DNA of 64,000 bases. It comes from Podospora anserina. Its lineage: Eukaryota. The notes under the pieces are model-generated. The model did not search any database, was not told the DNA's origin, and saw nothing but the letters and a program-made list of their open reading frames with translations. Below, piece by piece: positions 1-12,052 of this stretch (position 1 is its first letter; each line of letters starts with the position of its first letter). Both the position numbers and the translations under genes were made by a program. The stretch spans positions 2,852,001 through 2,916,000 of the forward strand of contig CM030334.1 of the NCBI GenBank assembly GCA_017654855.1. Direction: 5' to 3'.

Positions 1-3000
1 GTCGGTCCTGCTGCTTCTCCTGGGCGGTGTCAGTACGCTGCGGCGACGGGGAGCGGGTGGCTCGGGGCTGTGAGATAAAGGGCGCGGGGGACTGGCTCGA
101 CTTCTCAAACGATCCCCGAAATGGACTCCGCAGTACACTGTCTCTCCCTGGGGGCGAGGGCGGATCGGATGTTACAAGCTGCAAAACTCGGCCGGCACGT
201 ACTATGGGTGAAAGGCTAGGCCGGGGCTGCGATCCTGGGGGCGCTAGGTTTAGTGACTGTACATTCAAGTCTGTTCTCGGTAGAGGTGCCACGTCCGACA
301 GCTGATCGGCTGGGGTTTCGTTCGACTTTGTTCTGGTGTGCTGCGGCAGGCGGGCAACAGGGACCGGCGGGCTAGGGTCACTGGCAGGTGGGGAAGAGGG
401 CATCTCGACCTGAACATTCGGCTGTGCGGGTTGGTTGGGTGAAACGGTCCCTGCATCTTCGTCTACGCCATCGCCTTCAGCCTCGGAGGGTATTGGGGAT
501 GATGTCTCATCAGGTGTCAACAGCCTATTCGATTCAAGGTGGGGGATAGAGTGATTCACTGGTGAAGGCCGCTCAATAGACGGCTGGATTGGGTGGCTCG
601 CGGCCTGCGCTTCCTCTTCCCCTCCATCATTGTCCGGTTCCTCCTCTCTTTCTCCATCGCGCACTTCGTCGTCATGTTGCTCTTCAAGCTGCGGTTCCAC
701 GTGTTGGCCTGGAGTTGCAGCGGCATACACTTCATCGGGCAAGGTAGAGAAGGAATCCCCTTCTCCACTCAGGTTTGATGTGTCGGCAGGCGATGGTTCC
801 TGCGTTGTGTTGGCCGAATCTGTCCGTTGACGAGCAGCCTTGCGGATCAACTTCCCGAGTAGTGACTTTGGCTTCTTTATTGGCTTCGACTTTTCTGGAA
901 CTCGGTTCCACCAAGCATCGGAGTCGTCTGCGGGTTCATCCTCAGCTTCGACTTCAGCTCGGATTTCGACCTCACTGGGACGGGGTGGCAATCGTTTGTA
1001 AGGTCGTTTGTAAGGCTTGGGTTGCGGAACAGGCCCATCACTGAACTCAAAGTCTGGGTCGGGCCTCGACCTAGAGTACTGTTCTTTCTGTGACGGTTCT
1101 TCAGACGCTTGTCTCGGTTCCTCAGACTCATGCCTGGGTTCCTCGCTTTCTTGTCGTGGCTCCTCAGACTCTCGCCTTGGCTCCTCGCTGCGTCGCCTGG
1201 GCTCTTCAGAACCTTGCCTTGGCTCCGCGCTCTGTTCCCTAGACTCGTCACTAAAAAAATCAGGATCAAACGATCTGCTCTTCACTTCAAAGGAAGAAGT
1301 GTCAGCTTTCTGCACTGGTCCAATGCTAGAACCAAAACCAACCACCTCCCTCCGCAAAACAGCTGCCCTCTCAGCAGCCTTTGCTTCTTGTTGTCCAACA
1401 GGGGGGCTGGAAGCAGACTCGCTTCTCCTCTCAGCAGCCGTGTTCTCACCCGGCAAAATGCTGAAATCAAAATCAAAGTTCTTCCGTGGTGGAGTGGGGG
1501 ATTTTTGAGTGCTTTGTCCGAAATCGAGTCCCTCCAGCTGCTCAGCATGAGAAGATGCAGCAGGTTTCTCAGGCCCGACACTGAAGTTGAAACTGGTCTC
1601 CCTTCGTCGGCGCACAGAAGGCATTTGAGTGCTCTGCCCAGGGTGAAAACTAGAACCAAAGTCAAATGGCTTCCTTGGCTTAGCAACTTCCAGTTGAGAT
1701 GTCCGCCCTGGCCCGACACTAAACCCGAAATCATGCTCTTCCCCTGTCTCTTGTACTGCCTCTTGTGAGCCCTCCCCAGCCACAGTCCTTCGACCCTGCC
1801 TAAGATAGTCGATACCATTCTTAATAATGACTTTTGTGGCTTCACCGAGCTCTTCCTCTTGCTGTTGTTCCTGCCCGGCCATCATACTGGAATTCATCAG
1901 AGACCTGAGCTCGGCAAGCGGGACCTCTGTAAAGTCCTCCGCGCCCGCCATGGTATCCTGAGCATCCCCCAAATCACGAACCGGACTTGTCATGTAATCG
2001 CCCTCATCGTAATCGTCCTCGGGCCCATCGTGCATGTTACCCCACTCGCCTTGTTCATCGAAATCACCTTCGGAGTGCTCGGGTTGTGGTTGTTGTTCCG
2101 GCTCTGGGGACGGTTCTGCTTCAGGCTCGGGTTCTGGTGCTGGTGATGGTTCCTTCGGGGGAGATCGATTGCTTAAACTCGTCCGGAGTCTCTGCGCGGC
2201 AGGCGACGAAAGGGTCCCAAGCCAGATATCATCCTCCATGTCGCCTGCACCATCATCGTCGTGATCCTCCCCAGCCGTAAATTGATCCTGGCCGAAAAAG
2301 TCATGTTGTACTGGTGGTAATCTCGAAGCGTTGTCCTGTTGTAGTATTTCCGCAATGCTGCCCATATTCACCTCGGCAGGAACCTGACTCTTCCGCGGCC
2401 GTCCTCTTTTTCTCGGCTGGGTATCCTCTTTTGCGGGTGTCATCGACTTTCGTTTCGCCGGCCTCTTCAACAGGCTGACGGGTCGCGGCGTCGCCTCGAT
2501 ATGTTCCAGCGCATCTTCGTCTAGTGGCTGCTGCTTCTGAGGGGACTTTTGTGGCGATCGAGACGTGCCTCTCGCAACAACAGCCTTCGCTCCCGGTGTA
2601 CCAGGTCGTTTTCGTCGCGTCGTAGGTACCGGCGTCCCAGATTTCCGTGGCCGACCTCTCCTCCGCGGCGTCACTCCCTCATCATCACTCAGACCGCGCA
2701 CCGGCACCACGGTAGTGGTAACATCCCCTCCTCCCCTCATAACTCCCCGTTTCGGCGTCGGCGATTGGAAAAGCCGGCGCTTTATGCCCTTTGTATTCCT
2801 CACCTCGTCCTCAGCCTGGACAGTCACCAGCAGCCTCTGTGGCGAAACGGGGCTGCCAATGTCGAGCTCAAAGGTTCGTTTCCTAGGCGATCTCGCAATG
2901 GATAAAAGTCGCGCGGCGGGTTGGGCTCGTGGTTTGACGCGCGACGGCGGCAGCATCGGTGGGCTGAGAATCGGATCTATTAGCGGGTCGGGTGAAGATC

Positions 3001-3034
3001 CCAGGTTCAGCGTTATGGTGTGTTCTTCATCCAT
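1..3034 (-). CDS. Large low-complexity AT-hook protein (3'-truncated by window edge)
   Basis: My translation of the minus strand is open from ATG 3034 (MDEEHTITLNLGSSPDPL...) to base 1, so it has no stop and is absent from the ORF track. Two AT-hook motifs: RRRGRPRKS (~2650) and RKRGRPRKS (~2400). Acidic/Pro-rich. Confidence 0.8.
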   Translation of the reverse strand, partial: MDEEHTITLNLGSSPDPLIDPILSPPMLPPSRVKPRAQPAARLLSIARSPRKRTFELDIGSPVSPQRLLVTVQAEDEVRNTKGIKRRLFQSPTPKRGVMRGGGDVTTTVVPVRGLSDDEGVTPRRRGRPRKSGTPVPTTRRKRPGTPGAKAVVARGTSRSPQKSPQKQQPLDEDALEHIEATPRPVSLLKRPAKRKSMTPAKEDTQPRKRGRPRKSQVPAEVNMGSIAEILQQDNASRLPPVQHDFFGQDQFTAGEDHDDDGAGDMEDDIWLGTLSSPAAQRLRTSLSNRSPPKEPSPAPEPEPEAEPSPEPEQQPQPEHSEGDFDEQGEWGNMHDGPEDDYDEGDYMTSPVRDLGDAQDTMAGAEDFTEVPLAELRSLMNSSMMAGQEQQQEEELGEATKVIIKNGIDYLRQGRRTVAGEGSQEAVQETGEEHDFGFSVGPGRTSQLEVAKPRKPFDFGSSFHPGQSTQMPSVRRRRETSFNFSVGPEKPAASSHAEQLEGLDFGQSTQKSPTPPRKNFDFDFSILPGENTAAERRSESASSPPVGQQEAKAAERAAVLRREVVGFGSSIGPVQKADTSSFEVKSRSFDPDFFSDESREQSAEPRQGSEEPRRRSEEPRRESEEPRQESEEPRHESEEPRQASEEPSQKEQYSRSRPDPDFEFSDGPVPQPKPYKRPYKRLPPRPSEVEIRAEVEAEDEPADDSDAWWNRVPEKSKPIKKPKSLLGKLIRKAARQRTDSANTTQEPSPADTSNLSGEGDSFSTLPDEVYAAATPGQHVEPQLEEQHDDEVRDGEREEEPDNDGGEEEAQAASHPIQPSIERPSPVNHSIPHLESNRLLTPDETSSPIPSEAEGDGVDEDAGTVSPNQPAQPNVQVEMPSSPPASDPSPPVPVARLPQHTRTKSNETPADQLSDVAPLPRTDLNVQSLNLAPPGSQPRPSLSPIVRAGRVLQLVTSDPPSPPGRDSVLRSPFRGSFEKSSQSPAPFISQPRATRSPSPQRTDTAQEKQQDR
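1095..1232 (-). repeat. 21-bp coding tandem repeat (SEEPRxE heptad, ~6-7 copies) in the AT-hook protein
   Basis: Translates as SAEPRQG-SEEPRRR-SEEPRRE-SEEPRQE-SEEPRHE-SEEPRQA-SEEPSQ. Confidence 0.8.
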
Positions 3035-3903
3035 GTCCGCGGTCGTCGCAAATTTGCCGCGGGCGAGGGCGTCCAGAAATAATAATCATGGGGGCAGGGG
3101 CAGACGCATGGACATGCAAGCCCACGACCTGCGTGTGTGTGTGTGTTGTCTCTCCCCTCCAAAAAAGATATGCCAAAATTTAGACGCCACCCCGCCTAAT
3201 GAGGGCCACCGTTTAACGCGTCGATATAATGGATATGGGATGGAAATGATGGTTTGAATGCGACAAGCTGCGCTTCCTATCTGTGTGTCCTGTGCACGCA
3301 CAGTTACATCCGACCAGGTACCAATCGTGTCTGTTTACTTGTTGCCTGATTAGGCTAAGCCTTTTGATGGGTTGCTCCAATCAAAACATGTGGCTGTCTT
3401 CGACAAGAATACCCCAGGTCTTGGCCAAATTTCGGGATAACTTTATGCCCTCTTAATGCCAACGGTGCAGACGTCATTCTCAGCACTTCCTATCCGTATC
3501 CCCCTCCTTTTCTGAAAAGAAGATGCAGATGCGGCCACTTCTCTTCTTGCAGCAACGCTAGAAGATGGGAGCCCAAAGCTGAACAAATCATTTATTACTA
3601 ATCTTTGTCGCATCTTGAAGGTCTCGAGAACTAAAGCGCGCCCTTCGAGTTGTTCTTCAACATGACGTGATGGGGCTAATGGCGCAACCGGCCGTGTAAG
3701 TGGTGAATCGTGTGTTTGACAGCATTTGAATGTAGCATTGCTTGATAATATCGAGAGGGTAAACCTTTATTTCTAGACAGAATCATAGAATATATATACC
3801 TTGACATCCTCATCCATTGGATCCCTTCTGATCATCATCTCAACATCCATCTCTGCCACCCACCGCACATATCCCTAGACAGCCCACCTCACACCTCACC
3901 ACC

Positions 3904-4776
3904 ATGGCCATCGACCATCTTCCCCCCTCAGGCGACGTAACCGCCCCCCTCAACTTCTACTCCCCCCCCTCCGACAATTCCCCCCCCTTCAACCTTGCCG
4001 ACCTCCCCCCCGACTCCCCAACTCCCCCCCGAAACTACGGTTCAACCCCCGTCCCAACCCTCATCCACGACGCCCGCCCCAACCTCGCCTCCTTCACGTT
4101 AGACCGTGACTCCTTCCAAATCCTCACCTCCCAACCCCCTCCCACTTCCGAACCCTCCCTCTTCACCTCCGACACCTCCATCAAAACCCACTACTACCCC
4201 GAAATAACCTCCCTCCTCCTCTCCACCATCCCAAACGCAACCCACATCCTGATATTCGACCACACCATCCGCCTCCCCTCCCCATCCGCCCCCCGAACCC
4301 CCGTTCAGCGCGTCCACATCGATCAAACCGCCCTATCCGCCGCCCAGCGCGTAAGGAAACACCTACCCCCCCACGAGGCCGACAAAATCCTCTCAAGCGG
4401 CACCCGATACCGCATCATCAACGTCTGGCGACCCCTCAACGACGCACCTCTTGAATCCTTCCCCCTCGCTTTTGCCTCCAGCGCAAGTTTACGAGATGAG
4501 GAAGTGGTGCCGGTAGAGCACAGGTACACCCAGACGGGCTACATAGGGCAGACGGCCGCCATTGCCCATCATCCTGATCAAACGTGGTATTACCTTTCCG
4601 GGATGCAGAACACCGAACGGATTCTCCTGCAGTGTTTTGACTCGGAGGCGCTAAAGGAAAACAGCGAGGTCAAGGGGGGGAGGGTGGCGCACTCGGCGTT
4701 TGAGGATCCACGCACCAGACCGGAGGCCGAGGGGAGGAGGAGTATCGAGGTGAGGGCTTTGGTTTTTGGTCCTTGA
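3904..4776 (+). CDS. AsaB/CmcJ/NvfI-family putative oxygenase (hydroxylase/desaturase-like)
   Basis: Intronless 290-aa ORF with family motifs FDHTIR, VHIDQT, IINVWRPL, PLAF, WYYLSGM, AHSAF, RRSIEVRALVF. Confidence 0.8.
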   Translation: MAIDHLPPSGDVTAPLNFYSPPSDNSPPFNLADLPPDSPTPPRNYGSTPVPTLIHDARPNLASFTLDRDSFQILTSQPPPTSEPSLFTSDTSIKTHYYPEITSLLLSTIPNATHILIFDHTIRLPSPSAPRTPVQRVHIDQTALSAAQRVRKHLPPHEADKILSSGTRYRIINVWRPLNDAPLESFPLAFASSASLRDEEVVPVEHRYTQTGYIGQTAAIAHHPDQTWYYLSGMQNTERILLQCFDSEALKENSEVKGGRVAHSAFEDPRTRPEAEGRRSIEVRALVFGP

Positions 4777-5168
4777 ATCTGTTGGAATTTGGAAGGAATC
4801 AGCAGGCGGAGAGAGGAATCTGGAAACAGAGAGTGGGCGAGTAGCATGTCACGGTTTGGAGCAAGCAAGTTAAAATGAATTGATTTATTCCATGTGAACT
4901 GATAATAATCCGGTGAACTAATCAGTCCGCCGCCTCCGCTGGGGTATTGCAGTAGATGCCCATGATGCCGCCCGCAATGTTATGAAATAAAAGAAGAAAT
5001 CGAGCCCGATATATAACCGCCCAACCCAACCCATAACTCCCTCCCGAAAACTCCCTTTCATATGCCCATAAGTAGTATGTCATGTACAACTTTCATCCAC
5101 CAAATATGATAGGTGGCGCAAAATGGCCGCATCCCAGATTAGGAGACTCGATGTTCCTCATTCCTCCT

Positions 5169-6885
5169 CTAACCGCCCCGTCCACCACGTCCTCCCTTCC
5201 GACTGCTGCTGCGGCTCATAGGAACACCATTGGCACTGGATTGTCGGCTCATTGGCACTCCTCCAAAACCCTTGGCTGGCGACTGGCCTGGTGTACCTCC
5301 ATGACCTGGACGCGGGGTGCTGCTCCTTTCGTTGCTCATAACAGGCTCGACTGTATCTGGCAGCACCGGAAGCCCGAGGCGCTTGCGCACCTCGTTCTCC
5401 GAAGGCCTTTCGCCCTGAAGGTAAGCAACAAAGCGGTGGTCTCTAGCTGGGAAAGAGGCAGCTTCGAGAAGCTTGCGGCTTCCATTCTCCACAGCAAAGC
5501 TCGATCCAGGGCCATTGGCCTGCTCATACTGCTTGAGGGCTTGCATGACCATCATATCACCATTGACGTCGTCGTTAGCGAGGCTGTTGGTGGTGTTGTA
5601 CTCAAGTCTGTTGTGCCCCTTGATGTATGTGGATGGGAATGTGGCTGGGAGTTTGGGGTCTGCAGCAAGCATCCTGTCGAAGTTGCCAGGAAAGTCAAAA
5701 TTGGCGAGCAACTCCATTCCCATGAGCTTGTCATCCACGAAGTTGGGATTGTTTGAGCCACGAAGTCCGCTGCGAGTCGCGTGCGAAATATTGCGCTCCA
5801 TTGGGGGCGCAGAGGGAACCGAGTCGCCGTCATCGTCGTGCTCGCCGTTGCCGGAGTCGCTACCGTCTGGCGACTGGATAGGACGGCCGTTCTCATCAAA
5901 CTTTGGCTTATGCGTCAACAGATATTTGTGGGCGGCAAAGGCAGCCGTGTTGTAGGTCATTGAGAGCTCCTTGTCGGTGAATAGCTTGTCGATGCTGTAG
6001 ATTGGTCCGGTGGTCTTGCGCACTGCTAGGCGGTCGGTTTGCCAGAGAGGCGTGGTATTAGCATTATCTAGAGCTCGTCGCTGGGGGGCTGGGGAGCCAT
6101 CGTCGTCGTTGTTATTGCGCTTTCGCTTCTTATTGTCCAAGGACATGTCGTCAATCTCTCCTCGTCGCAACCTCGTCGCTCGCTTGGCGTGGGTACCGCC
6201 AGGGCTGGCAGGGTTTGTGATGCTGAACTGGTTCGGGTGAAGCAGAAGAGCAGACGAGTCGGAGATTTCCAGTGCCTCCTTCTCCTTATTCAATCGGAAT
6301 TTTTTGGTGGTAATGGCGTTGATTAGGCGGTCGCGAAGGGTTTGGGAGAGCGCGCGGTATTCTCGGTTCGCTGTCTCGACCTTAAAGGCGTGGGTGTTCA
6401 TGTACTCAGACACCTTCTTGTCATAGTCAAACTGTGAAAACAAGGTCAGTTTTTGACAAAAAGCGACAAAAAGTCGCAAGGAAAGTATTCCTTACCTTGT
6501 GCTTCGCTAAAGCGTAGTCACGCTCCTCCATCAAGTCCTGGACCTTGTTCATCCAGTCTGTGAATCTCGGACCGGCCGCTCCAAGGTACGATTGTGGTGT
6601 TGTGCTCGCATCGGCGTTCAGCTGGTGGAGGATTTGTTGGTACTCCTCCTCGAGATTGTCAAATGGTCGCTCAGCGTATGGGTCAATCCTCATGACCAGA
6701 TTTGTGTCCATTTGGATCTTGTGAAGTTGCTCGCGGAAGGTTTGGTCCCTGTCTCTAGCCAGCCTATCGTCAAGCTGGGCCAGTCGATCGGAGATCAACT
6801 GGCGGCGCTTGTCTCTCTTAGACTGTGTTGCTTGCGCTGATGTTCCAACCGGCGCAACGGCCGAGGAAGGGTCTGTCGTAGCCAT
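5169..6885 (-). CDS. SDS3: Sds3-like subunit of the Sin3/Rpd3L histone deacetylase complex
   Basis: Two exons, intron 6432-6495 (GTAAG...CAG). N-terminal SKRDKRRQLISDRL coiled coil, LRDRLINAITTKKFRLNKEKE and ALLLHPNQFSITNPASPGG. Confidence 0.8.
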
Positions 6886-7828
6886 TGCGAATGCGACTCG
6901 AGGTGTGAAAGCTCTTGGTGGTCGAGAAACGAAGAGAAGCAGTCGTCACTCTCGAGACCAGTGTCGGGTCGATCGCCGAACCTGACAGGTTTGCGTCTGG
7001 CGAAGAAAAGGTGCAGAATTGGTCGAGATTTGTATATATTAGGGAAACTCTGGTATCAGAAATGAACTGGAGAAGGCCGTGATCATTGTATGCAAAGTCG
7101 ACCTTGTTGAACTTGGTGTTGTGTGTCGGGTGACCGGTTCGAGAAGACAATAAGTCGAAAAGAAAGCGCCTTGCGCTGGACTGGCGGCAACCGACGGAAC
7201 GGACTGGCCGGCCTGCTATTGTCACTGTTCTCCCAACCCCAGCTGTCAACTGTGGCTTGCGCACGGTTTTCTTGTATTCAAACCGCCAATGCTGTGGCTT
7301 GAAACCAGGAACACCAGAGCTCTGACCAATCAGATGATGTCTGGCGGGCATAGCTTTAGAGCCTTGCTCCACTGTGGCACAACTGGCGCCGACTTCGAGC
7401 AAGGCTGCTCCGTGTGGAAGACAGTAAAGCTCACACTGTCCGCCCACCGGAAGCTGCATTCAACAGGCAAGTGTTGTGTCACTCAGCCCACCAGCCTGAA
7501 TTCAGAGAGATCTCACATCAACTCGATATTTTGAGAGGGACTCGGTCAATAGCTCAATACTCGACCGATATTCAAGCCCGGGACAGCTTTCTTATACCAA
7601 CTTCATAACACATCTCTGCAAAGGCAAAAGCAGAACCCAAATTTACCCCTCCTCCAGGACCTGCAACGCCACTTCGTCGACCTCGATTTGACGGACCAAA
7701 GCTGGTTAGGGAGACAATACCACCAACAAAACAACATCTTGTTAACCGGTCTTTGGGTTTTGACCCTGAATTGACTACCACCAACCCGCCACTAGGCTTA
7801 ACCTTACCCTCACATATCAACATTCAAG

Positions 7829-8533
7829 ATGGAGCACCTCTCAATACATGACCACCAACACGGCCCTCCCCCCCCTGGAATGATGCCGCAACCTCCTCAA
7901 CATCCAGGCGGCCCTGTACCCCAGGGCATGATGCCCCCGGGACTCGGCCGCCCTCCCCAGCCCCAGCAGTTGCCAGCCCAGATGTTTACCACTGCTGCCC
8001 AGCTGTTGGATCTCACAGATAGTGTGTTCTCCTGTCCTCTTTCTCACTCACACATGAGTACTAAACACCTCACAGAAAAACTCATGATCTCCCTCCGCGA
8101 CGGCCGTAAATTGATAGGCATCCTCCGCAGCTGGGATCAATTCGGTATGTACATCTCTTGAACTATGACGACCCCAAATCCAAGGAATAAGATATACTCA
8201 ACAAGCCAAACAGCCAACCTCGTCCTCCAATCCACAAAAGAGCGCATCTTCGTCCCCCCCGTCCTCTCGGAAAAAGAGCCAACCGGCATCTTCGCCGACA
8301 TCGACCGGGGTACGTTCCTAGTCAGAGGCGAGAACGTCTTGTTGCTTGGAGAAATCGACCTCGACAAGGACGACGATGCGCCCCCGGGGTATCAGCTGGC
8401 CGACATAAAGATGGTGGAGAAGCTCGCGAGGGAGAGGAAGAAGGAGGAGAAGGTCAAGGAAAAGAAGAAGACCAAGATGCTGGGGAAGGAGGGCTTTGAG
8501 GGGGAGAATTTGGGGGAGATGCCGCTCATCTAA
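7829..8533 (+). CDS. LSM1: Sm-like protein Lsm1 (mRNA decapping activator)
   Basis: Three exons give [47 protein letters not shown]...FLVRGENVLLLGEID (Sm1/Sm2 motifs). Confidence 0.92.
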
Positions 8534-8845
8534 GAGGTGGGGACGAGAGGAGAAGGGTAAGGGACTGAAAAAGCAGAATATTGTGAAATGCTTACTTTCG
8601 GGTTCTTGGGGAAGAGAGAGACCTGTTACATGCTCATGGCTTATGCGTAGATATGACATGATTGAGAAGGAGGGTTATGAAGAGGAAGAGCATCTCATAG
8701 CGATGGGTTTGTTATTGAAGCAAGAATGGCATGGAAATGAGGACCATATACCATGTCATGGATTTGGTAAAAGTTTATGACATGAATAGCCATCTACCGC
8801 GCTCACACTCGGCATCGCAACACCCCTCAACTAGGTACACCCATC

Positions 8846-11029
8846 TCACAAAGCAACCACGAACCCCTCAGCTCTCGCCCCCTCCCTAACCCATTGCTCA
8901 GGCAACTTCACCCCCTCATCATCCACCCAACCCCCAGCCATCATCCCCACCGCCATCAGCAGTCCAGCACTGTTGGGAAAATACGGGGTGGGCACCCTCT
9001 CCCCTCCCACCGCGTAGCCAGCATCATCAAATTTGAAGATGGGATGAAGTAGATACTCCACCGCCTGCTCTACATCCCCCAGTCTCAGGGAATTCATAGC
9101 CAACATTGCGAAATCCCACCCGTAGCTCTCATTCAGTCTCCACGTCTCCTTGATCTTGCGAGCCGTGTTGTTGACTACCGTGAGGTCCACCTGCGGTGAC
9201 GGGGGAAGGAGACCAAATATCCCAGCCTGAGCAGGGTGGTCAAACGTTGTCTCTGCGGCAATCCACATGTTTGGGATCCCTTCATAAGTAGCGTAAGTGT
9301 TGTTGACGACTGGCAGGGGAGCTAAATTATCCCTGACAATACCCCAAATCTCTGGCGACGTCTGGTTCAGTCTCGCTTTCCACTTCGTCGCAACATCAAG
9401 ACCAAACCTCCAGTAGGCGAGCTCAAAAGTAGGGTTGAGGGTGATATTAGGGTTGGTATTCTCCGACACGGGATACAACGGAGGGCCGAGGTCGTAGACT
9501 TTGGTGGAGGAGTTGAACCAGGCAAAGTCCGCCATGAAATTCGCCGTTTCTGTCAGGATGGCGTCCCATTTCTGGAGGGTGGTGAGGTTGTTGGGGTGGG
9601 AAAGGTAGTCTGTCTCCGCAAAAAACATTGGGTGAGGCTGCTGCCAGATGAGGAGGGAGTTTATTTCCCCCGGGGATGACCGGCTGGTGAGGGGGTCGGT
9701 CATTTTACCCCAGCGGGCTCCGTTGTAGCCTTGCTTTTCTGCGCGGGAGAGGCTGGAGGGGAGGAGTTGGTTGTAGAGGTGGGGGAGGGAGCGGTGGAAG
9801 AGGTCAAGGTGGTTCCAGCGGGCGAAGGGGAGGGTGTGCCAGAGGTTCATCTCGAGGTGGAATTTGCCGTGCCAGCCGTTGTTGACTAGGCCGGATTCTT
9901 GCGGGGGGAAATCGGAGGCTGAGTTGACTGCTGTGAGGTATTGGGAGTGGATGATGCGGCGTTGGAGTTCGAGGGCGCGGGGGTCGGAGTGGACGGGGGT
10001 GAGGTCGATGAAGGCGCCTTTGGTCCAGTAGTTTTTCCACCAGTTGCGAGAGGCGGTAGTGATTTGCCGGTAGCTGGCTTTCTTGCTGGAAAAGTTGGGT
10101 GTCGGTGAGAAGGAGATGACGAGTTGGATCTTGGAGGATGATTTAGGGGCGAGGACGTAGCGATGAGTTCCGTCCAGGGGTCCGGTGATGGTTGCTTCAC
10201 TGCCTTCCCACTGAATCAGCGTATAGTATGTGGTGCCGTCCAACGTGTGCTTGATCTGGGCACTTTGAGGCGAAAGCTGCTTCCAAGTCGTTTTGTGTTT
10301 GGAGGCTAGATTGAAGTGTCCAACAAAAGGAGCATTGAACTTTTCCTTGTCTGGGTAGGGAAAGTCCAGAAATAGACCAAGATCTCCCCTTTTCAAGAGT
10401 GATGACTGAACCTGAACAGCAACAGTGTCAGAGTCCGAATCGGCCCATGTCTGAACTACAATCTTTGACCCATTGAATCTGGAAGATGAGGTCAGTCTTC
10501 CCGACCACATGTCTAGCTCCTGGGTCTTTTCCTCCAGATCACTTTCGACAACATCATGACCACCAAAGTGTAGTCCGACATTGGCGAGGTTGAGTCTATG
10601 AGGGTTCTCTCTCAGCCAGTTCGAGATGTCGTTTTGGGCTGGGTTTGGCTGTTCATAGCGGACCAGTCTTCCATGCGTCCACCATTCCAAGCCGGTGTAG
10701 TCTTGAGATAATCAGTTGGTTGTCTCATGGATCATATACCTATCTGGTGTCTCATACTCACCTTCTACAGCAGTCTGCCCTGGGGTGGTGGGAAGGCTGA
10801 AGTTGTGCCATCCCCAAGTGTTCATGATAGCAAAGGGCTTGAAGGTTTGGAGCCCGGTAATGTCGGCCCCGAAGGCAAAGTTTCCATTTCCGACTTGCAA
10901 CGGAGTTGTATCAGAACTTGCATTTCGGCGTACACTGAAGGACTGCACTACTTTGCGTCTTTGCTCAACAGAAATCCCCTTTGCCTCAGCCAGGCAAAAG
11001 AAGGCAACGATAAGATGGAGAGCTCGCAT
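8846..11029 (-). CDS. Secreted six-hairpin (alpha/alpha)6 glycosidase-like protein; exact GH family uncertain
   Basis: Signal peptide MRALHLIVAFFCLAEA. One intron (~10705-10761) joins the 105-aa and 614-aa ORFs. Motifs PLQVGNGNFAFGADITGLQT, WHGKFHLEM, GARWGKM, NPTFELAYW, GWDFAMLAM, PYFPNSAGLL. Many N-X-S/T sites. Confidence 0.7.
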
Positions 11030-12052
11030 GTTTGTGTGTCATGAGCTCGCAAAAGCGATGTGACTTTCGAGATGTAGCAGACTGTCCACATGCTGCACAG
11101 CATTCTTATACATACAAGTAAGGTAGTATAAACACATGGCAGCCATGTGTTCCCCTCATGTAGCAATATCTCAAAGTGACCCGTTGATCTGGGCAATGGA
11201 CCCTTGATATTCAGCCATCGACCACTAAACCATTAGCCTGGTAGAGACTGCAGAGGTCTGAAGAGGGGTGGTGACATCCATAACAAGGCAAGATATTCTT
11301 TCCCGTTGCAAATAGCAACCAAGGAGAAGAAGGTGGGTTGGAGAACGGCAGCGGGATGGACGGTCACTGCATTGAGGCTGATATGAAATTCCGTCAATAA
11401 GCAAGCTTCCTGATGTTCATTCGAGGGGTGGTGTCGTCAAGTGGTCGCATGCTAAGTGAGGTCTCAAGTACTATCCAAAAGACGTGAGAATATCTCCCAA
11501 CTTATAAGAATGGTTCGAGCAGGCATCTCGAGTTCAAAGTTGGGTGACATGATGTGAGCTGAGGGTTGAAAGTGGAACGGGATCGCAGTCCAGCTGAAAC
11601 AAGTGGGCAAGAGTTGGGGAAATTAGGCCCAACTACCCCGCTAAAGTGGGCTAAATGCCGCCCTAGAACGGCCCTGCCACCACGCCGCAGACAGGCCGCC
11701 CAGTTGCTGTTGCTGTGCAGCATTATTTGGCATGTGTTTCCATGCTGGTAAACATCCCACCCACTCAGCCGTCTTTTAACTTTTGTTGACTTTAGACTTT
11801 CTACGCCCTCTTCCATATCTTGGACTTGTCGCGCCATTCAACCATATCGAGAATCCACAACGAGAGGCCGTCCGACATTCTGTATCTGCCAGTCTTCATC
11901 AGAGGTCTGTTTCGAGCTCTGCTCCGCATTGACAGCAGTGGAGTTTCCCCATTAGCTGCGTCATCATAGCGAATTGCCCCGCTAACCTTTGGCACACTGC
12001 GACCTGCAGTTCACCAGTATCCCACAGACAGTTTGCGCTTTGGGTTCTCATC

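Noticed and set aside
3216-3221. Single ACGCGT (MCB-like) site upstream of the AT-hook gene
   Set aside because: A lone hexamer is expected by chance; insufficient to call a regulatory element.
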